A stretch of DNA of 64,000 nucleotides from Microbotryum violaceum (Eukaryota): assembly GCA_001244265.2 (NCBI GenBank), contig CDLV01000005.1, positions 1,426,001 through 1,490,000 of the forward strand. Direction: 5' to 3'. Positions within the stretch are counted from its first letter, which is position 1. Every line of letters starts with the position of its first letter. Under the pieces are notes generated by a model, which ran no database searches, had not been told where the DNA came from, and saw nothing but the letters and a program-made list of their open reading frames with translations. Made by a program: the position numbers and the translations under genes. Shown here piece after piece: positions 38,380-52,107 of the stretch.

Positions 38380-39755
38380 AAGGGAGACCGTGGTTGCAAT
38401 GCTCCAGCGCCCGATGAGATACGGGTCCCAGGTCAACGAGGTCACGACTATAGTCCTTGTCAGCCTTTTCGACGGGAGCTGTAGCGAGAGCAATCGGACG
38501 TGAAGTTCAGCAGTAATCTTCAGCATACGGTCGCACGGCCCATAGCCACGAATGCGCAAGGCGTGGTGTCTGCGCGTAAGGCATGGATGCAATTGTCAAA
38601 ATGTGCGGGCCGGGTGATGGAATTAATACGAGCCGCCGCTCCAGTCTCGAGCTTAATCCGGCGAGCCCAGGGGACGCTATCGGGACTGAAGTTCGCATCG
38701 TAGTAGTATACATCGAAGTGTCCTTCGCTGTCTTCGTCTAGTAGGCAATCCGAGTTGGTCCAGTCTTCGACGTCCAAACAGATGTCCAATCGGTCGGCGG
38801 TAGCGCGCAGTTGGTCCACATCGGGCCGGCTGAGCATTTTCAATCATCGTTTCAGTTCGAGCGTCCACAGCGGCGTTTCAGAGTACTAGCGCAAAAGCCT
38901 GCTCAGCATCGGAAGGTTGATATGTTTGCTGGGGCAGCAATACCTAAATGGAGCTTTGCAAAAAGACCTTTAGAATCTCGCTGGGATCATAGCTGGTGAG
39001 GCACGATTTGAACGCTTGGGTAGTACTCATACAAGCTGCTGGTCGGTCAACGCGCAACTGAGGTGGTCGAATAGAGGAGACTTGGGCAGCATGATCGCCC
39101 TCACAATTTGACGCATCGTCCCTTGACCTTATCCGACGGCCGTGTGGTCGGGGCGCCCCTTACAGAGTCTCGCGGGCTCAATCGCGTCTAGTGTCTTTTC
39201 GAGGTTAACCACACTGAGCAACGAGTGGAAAGTGGGATCATAGGGAACGTCGTACCCTTCTCGCAGCTCTTTCTTGAACTCCGCAATCTCCATTTGCGGC
39301 TGGGTCAAAAACGCGCTGCTGGGATCGAAGTAATAGGCCTTTAATACGTACTGACCATATTGGGCAAGGAGGTCGTTGTAGAAGAAGAGCGAATCGCCCA
39401 GATCATGGTGCGCGTGAACGACTCTCTGTGATAAATCATGACAGGTGAACTCGAACGTAACCCACTGTGATCCCCCCGCGAAAAGCTGTGCTTGAGGCAA
39501 CTCACCGGACTCACGAGTCCCAGATGTAAGGCGCAGCCCGCGAGGGCTGAAAACTTCCTGTTGACGAGCGAGAGAGGTTTCATCACCGGATGCTAAACAT
39601 TAAGGAGCAAGATCGACTTGGTGCACTTGATTCGTTTGACGTCGTCTCTATCTCCACGGGAATCAAGACAGAAACCAATGTGGGCCAGGAACGAAACGAT
39701 GAATGCTTTCAGCTCGGTCGGGACTCGGGAGGCTCGTGATCGAGGCGGATGGCAT
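38380..39755 (-). pseudogene. Pseudogenised paralogue of the F-box/LRR-like gene at 34947-36978
   Basis: PTELKAFIV vs PPELKAIIV; LSLVNRKFSALA/APYIWD vs LSLVNREFAALAQPFIWS; FFYNDLLAQYGQYV vs YFYTTIIPRHGQYI; KTLDAIEPARLC vs KVLDALAAAGIC. In-frame TAG at 39593 and frameshifts near 39725 and 39538. Confidence 0.75.
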
Positions 39756-40661
39756 GGTGGTCCGTCATCTTCGCTGCGGGTGGGTCGGGGGGTGTGCGGA
39801 CGCAATGATAATCGATGACACGCGAGGTGAGAGCTCAGGGCGTTGGAATGGGTTGGTGCAACAGAAGACAATCTCATCTGTGAGCACAATGGGAGCCAAC
39901 TGGGTTGAGGCAGTGATCATGAGTGAGAGCGAGGCCAGGGATTCTTGGGCTCAGTATTCATTAGAAAGTGTTCAATTGGGTATTGCTTAGATGTTGTTAG
40001 GCTCCGCACGCAGAAGCAGCTTAGTTTCTCCCCATCCGCTTCTCAATGTGCTTTTGCTGATCAGGGAGTCGATTTCCTCAACGTCTCTAAGAACTCTATA
40101 CAGGGGGCTGAAAGAGGCCACACAAGCAACGAAGTAGTCAGTCTCGACATTGGAACAGTTAATTTTCGACTTTTAATTATTTTATCCTTCTCACCTGTTT
40201 TATCTTCAAAAACAGAATAAAATCCGATAAATAATAAACGTACTGTTCTTATATCTTGGTTTTACTTTAGCCTCCTCGCCCGTTTCATTCCAGCCCTTCA
40301 TTCTCTTTTATTCCTAACCTGCTCTGTGCCTAGAATGTATGCGCTCGAAAGGTATGCTGAAAGACGAACTTGGCGCTGCCTCTCAAACCACCTACGCACC
40401 CGATGAAAGCGAGTTTATGCCACCTTCGAAGTCGGGCTGCGAATCGCGATCAGAGATGGAATGGAAGGAAAGGGTAGGGTTGCTTAGGGATGTGTATATG
40501 GTGTCAGCGTAATCTGTCTTCTCTCCAACTTTACTGCCAAGTTTGCGACGGTGAAAATTCTCCACTCGAGTCATTTAGAAGGGAAAGCGGACCCACACTT
40601 CAATAGATAATATAGAAATACAATCCATTCCAAGATGGCCATAAATTATCACAGTCTCTAT

Positions 40662-42313
40662 TCACATCACCACACACCCGCAACCCCCCTTCTTGCCATG
40701 TTCATCCACCAAGCCGGCCCCATAGCTCATGCTCGCGTTCCGATCCAGCCCCAAATTCGGGTTCTTCTTCCTCAGCGATCGCTGCTCGTCCGAGACTTCG
40801 ACACGTACGGCCGGTCGTTCCATCATCGCGACATTACCACTGAAGTTGCGGTCATCGCCGCGGTGCGTTCGGAGCCATTCTTCGCGGGCGAGTTTGGCGC
40901 GGGCCGTGGAGCGCACGATCGATTGAAAGGCCGAGTCGATGTTGACGCTCATCTTGGCTGAGCATTCGGTAAACTGAGCAATCCGGCATTTGTATGTTAG
41001 TCGAGCTGAATTGGGATACTCGAGATCATAAACATTGGGCTCACAAGTCCACCTGCTGATCGTGCGTATGCCATCGCCGTCTGCGCCGACACGACCCTTT
41101 CTTTCGATGGCTTGTCGCATTTGTTGCCTGGGGAAGACTCGCCATTGAGGGGCTACAATCAGGCTTCCACTGTCGAGTTTGTTGAGAAGTACCACTTACC
41201 TAGAATTAAGAATGGAAAGGGTGTATTTTCGGGGGTATCTTCGTTCGTCGGATCGTCGTGAGGCGACTTGACTCGTCGGATGCTATCGAGTCAAGGGTTG
41301 CAATAAGTGAGCGGACCGATCCCCAAGTCGGACACGATGGAGGGTTGTTTTACATGTGTAGGAAGGTCGGGAGTTGCTCGAAAGAGCTATGTGAATCTAT
41401 AGAATACCTGTGGGGTATCTCGACAAGAGAGAAGTGAGCTCATGAGTTCTTGACTTCCTCGATTTGGTAGGGACTTGCGCCACGATGAATCCATCTCCTT
41501 CCCTCGCTGTTGCCTCTTCCCAAGCTCCTCGGTACTCTTCTTGCCCCTGTATGCGAGAGTGACATGGTATGCGTGATAACCATCAGTCGATATTGCAAGG
41601 CTGACTGACTGGAACCCCGCTCGTCGCAAAGACGTACTGCCGTGTCGACGATGTCAATCGAGTATTCCTGTCCGTCGACCGTCAACTGGGTCGTATAGCA
41701 ATCCTCAACCGTCGGATCATAATCCTCCGAAAACTCTCGCTTGAGCAGAGCGAGTACGAGTGATGACTTTCCGACACCACCGTCGCCTATAAATGCGTTC
41801 GATCGGGCATTTGGAGAAGGGGGGAGCAAGAGAAGGTATCGTCATTCGTGTCAGGATACGTCATTCATCTTTCCGTTACGCGCAGTCGCTTCGGGATCAA
41901 AGCTGGGTGAAAGTTGATCATGATAACTTGAAAAATGAAAGATCGCCGGTCGAGGCCGACATTGAAAGGATGATTATCATCGATTGGCATGTGTCATGTG
42001 CTCGACATGGCCTTGGTGGGCACAGTGCGGCGCCAAGCTTCCCGTAAGGAGCTGGAGCGTAGGCTCGAGCTGGCAAGTATCCAACATCAATGGCGGTGTA
42101 ACCCATAGACCAAGCCGTTCCTTCTCCTGCGGTGCCGTATGTACCTTGTCGAGCGTGCTATAGGGGAGATACACGACCAGATCGGCGCGTCCTTCCCGCG
42201 TTACACGCGACGGAGTCCGAACTCATCCAACGTCTTGTCCCAGGAATTCAGAGTTCAGATGAGCACGACTCACCTACGACCACAATTTTGAGCTTGATCG
42301 GACCAGAAGCCAT
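40662..42313 (-). CDS. Ras-family small GTPase with CAAX box
   Basis: MASGPIKLKIVVVG|DGGVGKS (G1), YDPTVEDCY (G2), DTAGQEEY (G3), GNKCD (G4), ECSAK (G5) and C-terminal GCGCVVM*. Confidence 0.93.
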
Positions 42314-43221
42314 CTCTTAGTTTGAGGTTCCGGATGCGGGGGGAATGGTAGGGAGGGGAACTGGTCGCTGGTCAATCACTCGTCGTGATCGAGAGAGTTT
42401 GGAGCTCAGAGCTCAGAGCTTGGCCCTGCCGCGCGGCCGTTTGGAAGATCCGAATCTCTTCGAGAATTAAGAAGGTCGGGAGCGATCGCTGAGACTTTCC
42501 GGCCCGGCGCTATCCAAGCTGAGGATCGATCACCACTGGGATCGATATTCCAAATTTTTCAGAATTTTGAGCCAGGCCGGTGAAGCTTATAATACCCCGG
42601 CTTTGTTTTACAATTTACAATTGTCGCACGTCTTCTTGACCCCCGCTTGGTAAAGTGCATGCGGCGATCTTTAATCGGAGAAAGTCGGGAATGGGAAGAT
42701 CGCATGCCAAAGATCGGGGTAGGTGCCACCTTTCCGGATCCGATCTATCGAGCTGAAAGGAGTAACTAGAGCTCTTGAACGATCCCTAGGGTTTTGCTCC
42801 AGTTGAATCGGCTTTGAAGTCACCGACACGGGCCGCCCGCCTCCTTAAGCTTTGCTCCGAACGATTTGCCCGAGCCGACTTAATTCACGCGGAACATTAT
42901 CGGCGAGTATGTGCTGCATGACATTCGGTATCTGTTGAAAGTGAAAGTAGTTGGACCTTTAACAAAAATATTCCCTGGTGGATGGTCACTGCATCAGCCG
43001 TTACAAGTGCATTCGGCCGGGCGTCAGGCCGTCGGGATAGCCGCGGGTAGTCGATTTCTTTTTAGCAAATTGAGGTCTCAAACCGAGTTGGAGGCAGCGC
43101 GAGCCTTGAGAGCTTGAGAAGCCGCTGTTGCCGGCTCTGATTCGACGTCGACAGCGGTTCCCACTACTCGTCTGCTTGCGTGGGAAGCATTCCTCCGCCG
43201 CTGATCGTCTTCGTCACGTGA

Positions 43222-44850
43222 ATGCCTAGCTCCAGCTCCAGCTCCAACTCCAGCTCGACCAAGAAGACAGCGGGTGCAGCCGAGTCGAAGCTTCCCTCTA
43301 CGTCTACCCCTTCAAACGGTGCTCAGCGGGCGCTTCCGCTCTCCAGCGGCATCAGCAGCGGCGAGTCCGGCAAAGGCAACCTCAACCCCACCACCACGGA
43401 GACCACGACGAACGTCCCGGCCTCGTCTGCGTCTGTACCTTTGCCCAGTCGCACCAGCTCCAACTCGTCGACCTCGTCGTCCTCACGCTCACGCCCGCCA
43501 CTGGTCGAAGGCACTCCGGTGCTGAAAAGGAGCGGTGCGACGACCGTCGTAGGCATCCTCGTCGGCCTGGCCGCGATCGCGCTCGTGTCGATGCCGGCCT
43601 CTCCTCTGTCCCTGTCTCTGTCACGCCAGTCCAGTCTCGGCCTCGGCACGCTCGCCATACCCCTGCTTCTCTCCAACTTCAAGATATTTGGCCGCGTGCG
43701 CTACTATACCCGTCTCACCTTTTTTCTCCTTGGTACGTAGTAGCACCCGGCGAGGTGGGTCAACGGGAGCGGGCAGGGATAGATGGCCCACCCACCCCGT
43801 AGCATTATATACAGCACGCGGCAGCTCACCCCGGCCGCTCTACCACGCACAGGTCTCGCAACATGTTCGGCATGGGGAGTCGTCGTCTCAGTCGTCATGG
43901 CCCTGCTCGGGAGAGCCTCGGATGTCAATTACGTCGTGGGGAGGTCGTTCCATGCGCTCGTCGCTCCTCTGGTCGGCGTCAAGTTCACCGTCGAAGGCGA
44001 GGAACATCTCAAGCAGACCAAACCCGCCGTCGTCATCGGTAACCACCAGACCATGATCGACATCCTATGTCCGTGCGAAATAAACTCAATCGCGTATCGT
44101 GAAGATCCTTACTAATGTCGGGCATGTTCCCACGCTGCACAGACATCGGTAGGATCTTCCCGAAAGGCACCTCCATTATGGCCAAGAAGGAACTCAAATG
44201 GACGCCCTTGCTAGGCCAATTTATGACGCTCTCCAACGCCGTCTTTGTCAATCGATCCAAGCGCACCGACGCAGTCGCGATGTTGGCCAAGGTCGCTCAA
44301 ACGATGAGGGAGAAAGTGGTGAGTCTGAACAAAGAAACGGGCTCTTCCTACCGAATTTCGCACTGAACGCGCCGGACTTGTCACCCCACAGCTCTCCCTC
44401 TTCATCTTTGTCGAAGGCACCCGATCGGCCTCCCCCGTGCCTTCGATGCTGCCGTTCAAGAAGGGACCGTTTCACCTGGCCGTCGCGGCGCAATTACCGA
44501 TCGTGCCCGTCGTGTGCGAGAATTACGCCGCCGTCTACTCCGCCAGGCGGAAGCGGTTCGATGGTGGCGAGCTGGTTATTCGAGGTCAATTGCCGATTCA
44601 GAGATGGTCAATAGGAACTACACAAAGACTGACACCTCTCGGAATCGGGGTTTCTTTTTCCTTCGCAGTCCTCCCCCCCATCTCAACAGAAGGTATCACC
44701 TCTTCCTCGGAGGACATTAACGCCCTCGTTGAGAAGACCCGGAGCGCGATGTTGGAGGCGATCGAGGATTTAGGGAGGAGGAGGGCCGAGTTGAATCGGT
44801 TGAAGGGCGTGTTTGGAAAGAATGAGACGGGGAGGATTACCATTTCATGA
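43222..44850 (+). CDS. SLC1: 1-acyl-sn-glycerol-3-phosphate acyltransferase
   Basis: GNHQTMIDI, AKKELKWTPLLGQFM, FVNRS, FVEGTRS and LPFKKGPFHLAVAAQLPIVPVV. Start codon uncertain. Confidence 0.93.
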
Positions 44851-45321
44851 GCGGAGGAGGATTTGGATGGATATTTGAAGTGGAGAGAGCTTGGGTCGGA
44901 GTTTTATGAGCATGTTTGGGTCAGCCAGAGGGTCCAAGATGGGACTTCAATGTCGTTGGATTTACGAGGGGATGCATGATGGAGGTTTTCTCGAGTAGAA
45001 CGATGAGGGGGCAACTTGGGGACCTTTCGGGTTTGACCCTCTCTCTCTTCTTTCTCAATGTACCAACACGGAAATCAAAACAGTACCCAAGAATGTGTAG
45101 TTATTGGCCAAGCTGGGAATCATTCCATACCGGACCAATGCTCAATGGTTCCTTCTTTCCACCTTGGCTCACGAGCAGCGCTTAAAATTGTATATTAACA
45201 AGGGCAAATTGCCTACTACTTCACTCCATTACCGCAAGTATCTCAAAAACGAATGGTCTGTCTACACCACCTTCCTTCGGCATCCAGGGTCACGTCCAGG
45301 TTCCCAACCACCTCCGAGGTT

Positions 45322-48001
45322 TTAGAGATACTTTCTCTCGTCCCACACGGCGTTATTCCTCCTCTTGAAGAAATGCCACACCCCTCCAACAACGACGATT
45401 CCACTGACCCACGTCCACAGAGGAATCTTTTGCGCGCGTTTCTCAATCGCTTCGATCGTGTCCGCTATAGTGTGCAAGAGTTGAAGGATCTCGTGATTGC
45501 GCGAGGAGAGGGCTGAAACGGAGACGGTGTTGGCGTTCTTTGTTCGAATGTGAAACGGTAAATCAGTGGGGGGGGTCTAGGGTATGATGAAAGGAACGCA
45601 AGGGGGTATGCTTACGGATGAAGTCTCGAGCTTCCTTTCTAACGCGGCAAGTTCGACCAAGATTTTTTCCTGCTGTTGCGTCATCAGCGCCAGGGTTTCG
45701 TCCTTGGCGGAGGAGGATGGACTGCCAGCATTGCCGGGGGACGAAGCGTCGATGTGGCGCGACGTCGAGAGGAGACGTAATTGACTTTCGATGCGAGCCA
45801 GTCTCGAGTCAACGCTGGATCGGAGAAGGGAAGAATGTAAGGGGTCAGTTTGAGGTCATTCGTTAAAAAGTCTGTTGCGTCTCAAGGAAAACTCACCCAG
45901 CGGAATCTATCGTGCCCGCCACTTTACCCGCTCCCCCACTCCCCGGCGTCATCCCCGTTAATTTCCCAACACCCTTGGCCAAAAGATCAACCCTCCTCGT
46001 CAACGCATCGATCGCTTCAATCATCTTGGACTGCGATACGAAGACTTCGGCGACGAGCGTCATCTCGGCGTCGTTCGAGGTGCCTTCGAGTACGTGGTGC
46101 GTGTCTTTGATGACGGGGGAGTCGTCGACGACCGGTTTGTTCGGGTTCACTATTTCGCCCGGGGTGACGGTGAAGATGTCGACCTGTTTGAGTGAAAATG
46201 CAAGGTGGTGAGTCGAGGCTCGATGCAGCGTGCAGGGGGGCTCGCTTTGTCCAACTCACGGCGTAGATATCGATCGCATCCGGCTCCGAGTTGCCACCGG
46301 CAAGACCCGACTTCAAGACGCACGAAGGGTATCTATATCAGCATCCGCTGATTCAAGTGGGAGCTTAAACATCGCACTTACGATACCGATATAACCCTTG
46401 GGAGGAAGCTTGATGCCCTCCATGAGGAAGCAATTGTGCGCATAGTCACGGCCTATTTTATCTAAGGTCGTGTGGGGGGCCAGGTCGAGGTCGACCTGTA
46501 GAGAAAGGGGATTACACCATCCATTCTAGCTCGCAAAGGGGACATTTGTGCTTATCGGCGAAGACGTACTCGGACAGTGTGGTTGAGGTAACTGATTCGA
46601 GCCCACAAAAGACCTTGGGCGTTCCTGTCCACTCGGCAAATAATCGGCATCAGTATGAGGACCCCGCGTCGAGACTCTTCGAGCCCATTGGTTTCTTACC
46701 TGAAGGTGGCTTCACATTCCCCGAATGCCTTTGCCAAATAGCCCGCCTCCTCGTCCTGTTTGATGTCCCTCGAATCTGGATCCAACCACCTCCCGTGTCC
46801 ATCGTCCATAATACCACTAACGACGCCCGACGTCCCCACGCCATAGCTCATCGAAGAAGCCAAGTTCTTGATCTGCGTGCGACGGTACAAGGGAGCGGCG
46901 GGTGAGGTGTCGAAGATGACACCGAGACCTTCGAAGGTCGTGCGCGATCCGAAGAGCGAACACGAGTCGTCGGTACTGCTTTCGCTGGGGAACGGGAGCG
47001 TGTGCGGCGGTTCATGCGTCTTCGTCTTTGCGTTCGCTGAAATAGTTACCGGTCCTGGTAGTCCTTCCTGTGCAGGCCGGTTCACGGTAGGAATATGCAG
47101 GAGAAGAGAGCGAAAGAATTTTGGTCAGCTCGGTGAATCGAGTTGCCCACCTCCTCCGAGGACAGGGGAAAGGGATGTACCTTTGTGAACCAGAACGCCA
47201 AGCCTCGACCACCCTGTGACAGACCATTCGTCGGTTAGTGGATATTGGAAAGGCGTTTGTGCATTTCGAATGCGCGCTCACCTTGTTCATCCGCTTCGTC
47301 GTGCCGTCGGCCAAGGTCTCGACCAGTCCGATCGCGGGTACACCGTGCACGCGGAATGCGACTTCGACGACCCATTCTTCCGACTCGAGGGGTTTTGTAG
47401 TATAGATGGCACCGTGGGCCAAAGGGAAGGACTAGCGATGGGGGAGGAGGAGGAGCGAGGGAGGATAAAAGCGAGCGTCAAAGAAAGGAAGGGAAACGAG
47501 ACCACGTCAGCAGGCCCGATTGGAAGCAAGGAGGGATTCGAGGGGAAGCATTGGACAGTTTTCGGAACCACTCACGGGTATTAATCTTAGGAAATCATGG
47601 ATTGCTGGTAAAGGTGTACTGTTTCGATCCAATATGACACGCGCGTCAGTCCACCCGGCCATGAAAGGAAAGCGAGACTACGAGCTCAAATGCAAGTGGG
47701 GAAGGTTCGCGGGGCCTCGCGCGAGGGCGATTGGAAGATCAGGCAGACCAACGCACGTGTGACCGGACATGTCAAAGTTCTTGATCTTGTAGTCGGGCGT
47801 GAGTCCCCGGAACGACAAGGGCGAATAGTGCAGTGGCGGACTGGAGAAGTTGGGCGTCACTTTGGGCTCGCTTGCACTCGCGGCCGACGAAGCTGCCGCG
47901 CGGGTCGCCGGCGCCACAACCGCACAGCACCACAGCAGGCCGATGGTTGGCAACGTCCATAGCGCGGAAGTGTTCCTCTTTTGGTGGTACAACTTGACCA
48001 T
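45322..48001 (-). CDS. L-type lectin ER-Golgi cargo receptor (Emp47/ERGIC-53/VIP36-like)
   Basis: Signal peptide; GAIYTTKPLESEEWVVEVAFRVHG, LFGSRTTFEGLGVIFDT, AFGECEATFR and SGLAGGNSEPDAIDIY; C-terminal TM LWTWVSGIVVVGGVWHFF with tail ...ERKYL*. Confidence 0.85.
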
Positions 48002-48549
48002 GGCGGCGCACTGCGGTGGGATGCGATGCGGCCGGGGGATGGGGGTGAAGAGGGAGCGTGAGAGCAGCGACCCGTTTAGACGTAGACGGCGCGCGACAGG
48101 AGCAGCAACCGAGACCGAATTGGTGGCCATGCAGAGCAAAATGGCTTTTCCCTTTGCCGCCCATTTCACAACGGCTAATCTGGATAATCCGAGGTTGTGT
48201 CGCGAAGACATAATCTTCTTTTACAGCTGTAGTAAGACAAAAGCTGAGTTGGAGTTCGACATCACAGGTGTTGTTCTGTAGGATATGTCCTCCCTCGACA
48301 GGTTGTTATATATTGACCAGCCTGAGGTCGATGATTAGCGAAAAACGAGATCGGCGCACGGACCTTGTTGAGTGAGGATTCCACCCGATCGAAGCGAGAA
48401 AGGCGCGAGAGGCGGAGCAAGTGATTTTCGCCCTTCTCGTTCTCTTCGCTCATCATCCTTCGCACCCAACACCATCTCACACCGCGCCTCACCAAGACTA
48501 ACTTGCACATACACCCATTCACCCCGCATCACCATATCCGCTCCACAAA

Positions 48550-49327
48550 ATGAACTCTTCCGCCGCGCCTAGCATCTCGGTCTCGTCCGCCCCGGCCTCG
48601 ATCGAAGCCATGCACGTTCAACCTTCCGAACAGGCCCAGGTCCCCCAGAACGCCAACCAGGTCGAACCGGGACATGGAAAGATGACATTGGGTGCCAAAG
48701 GATTCTTGATGAAGAAGATGGTCGCTGGAGGGTGAGTACTACTTCCTTTGGCCTTCAGCAACGGGTTCAATGGAGGCTCGGTCGGTCGGTCGGTCGAGTG
48801 AGGACTCATCATCGATATAGAGCGGTCACGCACCTTTTCTGGAAGAGGTCCTATCCCGTTTCCTGGATGAGGTTATTTGACAATCCCTCCGCCCGATTCC
48901 GCATCCATTCGCCGAATTTAAAATGACGCCGTCGGGTTCGGGTTCACTCAACGCTGACTCACCTCGTTTCACTCCCCACTCAGCTCGTTCTGCTCACCGA
49001 CCGACACCATGGTCTCACCGTGCACCAAGAAGCTCGCAGAAAGCAAGAAGCGTCACTACGCCAAGTGAGTGTCTGCAGCTTCTCGGTCCGGGGGCCAAAT
49101 GTCGTTCGGTCTTGCCCCTCACTGCGACCGAAGCGAGCACCTTGCTTGCTGGAACACTGACTCTCACTCGTCACCATCAATAATCCAGGGGCAAACCGCT
49201 ATCACTCTCGTCGTCGTTCCAGTCCGCTCAAACCGGCTCGCAACTCGTACCAGGACCGAAACCGTCCGGCCTGCACCAATCCTCGACGCCCCATTACGGT
49301 TCCGAGAACGCTCCGATGGGATTGTGA
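48550..49327 (+). CDS. SPO12: Spo12-family mitotic/meiotic exit regulator (3 exons)
   Basis: Exon 2 encodes SPTDTMVSPCTKKLAESKKRHYAK, followed by GKP; this is the Spo12 signature. Confidence 0.8.
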
Positions 49328-50717
49328 ACCCACATCTCTCCTCGGCTCCGCTAGACCCATTTTTTTATGAGACTTTCTCTGTACAAGCGCTCCTACATGG
49401 ACGTCTTCCTCTCTTCCTCATTTCACGATCTCGTATGATTCTCGCCTTTTTCTCTGAATGTACTAGTTGTCTTTTTCTTCTTTGACGTTGGCTTGAGTGT
49501 AGTCGCTGATGCTATCCGAGAGCCCATACTCTTCGAACCCACTTTTTGTGCCTGCGGGTCTGACGGCGTCGGCGCCCACCCGGACTGACTCATCACCATG
49601 GCCATCCGACCTCTGATGACTGTAAACTCTTCAGTACTTTTGTAAAGACGGACTTTAAATCCTTGACAGACTGTTTTGCCACACCTTCTTGCGTACGGAT
49701 CCCCAGACGATCGTCGATCGTGAAGAAAGATTTGCGTCAGACCAAACCAGATTTGGCAAGTCCTACGGAATCTTCGGCCCAAGCGCGCGGCGCTCGCCCG
49801 CCCGTCAGCCGACAAGCCACATGCTCGATTATCTACGCAGAATGAATGGTTGCTGAAAAGGGGGCCTGCACTCGTGTGAAAGTCAGATCCTCTGGATCTA
49901 TGGCCTCTCACTCAAAGAAACTTCAAAGTTGTGAATACAAAAATGTGGGTTTTTTGTATCGAGCACTGAGCGCCCTTGGCCTTCCCAAGGAGGTCCAAGC
50001 GGACCGCGGCCGAGAGGGGGGGAGCCTCTGCCGAACCCGGGTCGCGCTCCCTCGTTTCGTCTGAGACAAACTTCCTTTCTGAAACCTCCCTGACTCAGAT
50101 TGAAGGGGAAGGATGGGATCGCGCGGGCGTTCCTTTGGGCGCTAGGCAGATTGGGTAGGTCACTCTAGACCCAACTTACAACTCATTGTGTTTTGCGTTT
50201 TCGAGGTTCAGTGCGTCCTCGCCGTCGGCACTTGTTACTCGTACATCCCTCTTCAACTCTTCTCGAAGCATCTACACTCTTTTCCTCCAACTCGGACACT
50301 TTCGTTACACACCACACTCGCTTGGAAACCTCGCTTGTCAGGACTTTGGAGCGTTCAGCCTCCCCTTGCAGTGCCCCCTTTCGAATCGATTTTGTCAGGC
50401 CCGCACTCCGCCTTTCCAAAGTGAGACCTGCTTGAACCCACGCCAATTCGTTGCGTCGCACTCTGCTGCCTGTAGAGACTTGAAGAGGGTGAGTCGGTAC
50501 GATGAGTGAGGCTTGCAGTGTCAACTGGGAACTGATGTAATGTTGGTCCTTGGTATGAGCCCTATAGTAGTCCTATATCTTTCTCGGGTCATCTGAAACC
50601 TCTCTCCGGCCGGCGATCCAGCCCATCCGGCCGCACCGGACCTCTCAGCCGGCACGCGCGCGACGCCCCCCTGCATCGAGAGCCAATCCAATTCCACTTC
50701 GAGGCCAACGCGCAATC

Positions 50718-52107
50718 ATGTCGCACGACCTTCACCACAACAGACGTTTCCTCATCCACCGTCGAGCTTTGCCAGTGCTTTCGGATGGGGCAGTCGTCCA
50801 GGGCGCCACGCCTGCGGTCGAATTGACCGCCCCGACGTTCGCCGCTGATTCGGGGATCGTTGTCGCTTCGGCTTCCGGCGTCGATGCTTCGTCCGCGGTG
50901 GTCGGCGCCGCGGACTCGGTGGTTTCGACGACGTTCTTGACGACGACGACGACGACCACAGCTCCGGCTTCACCTTCCGCCACAGATGGGTCTTTCGCCA
51001 TCTCGATCATCCAGGATGAGCCGTCTGTCACGAGTGCGTCGACGACCACCACGTAAGTTCCGCGTTGTGCCCCCCTATCCGCGCGCTTCGAGCTTTTCTG
51101 ACTGAGTTTGATCCCCTCGCAGTACGGCGGCAGCTGCATCCGTCTTCTCGGCGGGACCGGCTTTGATTTCTGCGAGCCAAGATGCCCCTACTGGGATATC
51201 GACGGTGGCTCGAGATGGATTGATTGGTGAGTTCGACGAGCAAGTGAATAGCTTTCCACCTGTTTGAACTTGCGCTAACTGGTAAGCGTCCTCATCCTCC
51301 ACAGCAGGAGCAGTGGCGATTGGCCTCATGCTTATGGCCTGGGTCATCTACCGAGGTTGTCGACGTCGTCGAGCTCGAGCAGCTCTCACCGCGTCCATCA
51401 CGTCCGACTCGAGCTCCTCCCTTGACGGGATGTCCGAGAAGTCGCGCAAGGTGCTCTTCCTCTCGCCACCTTCCCGAGCCAAGACGACGAGGGATTTCAA
51501 GTCCTCCTTTGACAACTACACGGCAACTTCACCCGGTTTGACGACGCCCGCGGGATGGGCGACGTTCTCGAACACTTCGATCCCGGAGACGATGCATACT
51601 GGAGTTAGTACTATCCCTCCTCTTCCTCAGCCGCAGCCTTCGCGTTGGTCGGCTTCGACGTACGGTGATTCTCGTATCCCCATTCGTCCCACGACGCCTT
51701 CTACCGCTCCTCTTTCACCTACCCTCTCGACTCCTTCAACTCCCCCTATGGGAATACCCATTACCATCGACCCTTTCGACGATCGTCATATTCCTCCTAC
51801 GCCTTCAACCCCCAGCCCTTCAGCAAGGGGCCACTCGATCAAACGCAAGTCGCCGCCGATGTTGCCCGAGATTCGTGTGTCGGTTTCGGATTCCGAGTCA
51901 GAGGAAGGGGATATGGGTTTCACGGGGACTGGTTTTAGGCCTGATTATGCGATGGGGACAGCCGCGCCTGTTAAGGCGGCCGAGGAGACGCTCGAGTCGC
52001 CTAAGTCAGGGTCCAAGATTATGAGGGGGACTCAGACGGTGTTGAGGGTCCACAACAAGGGAGATGTTTTGGACGATGAGTATGGAAGTCCTCGTTGCAG
52101 AGAGTGA
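50718..52107 (+). CDS. Single-pass membrane protein with Ser/Thr-rich ectodomain and Pro-rich cytoplasmic tail
   Basis: S/T/A-rich exons, then TM AVAIGLMLMAWVIY followed by RGCRRRR (positive-inside). Confidence 0.7.

Noticed and set aside
49400-50700. Cluster of short overlapping ORFs
   Set aside because: No recognisable motifs; best explained as promoter and 5' leader of the gene at 50718.
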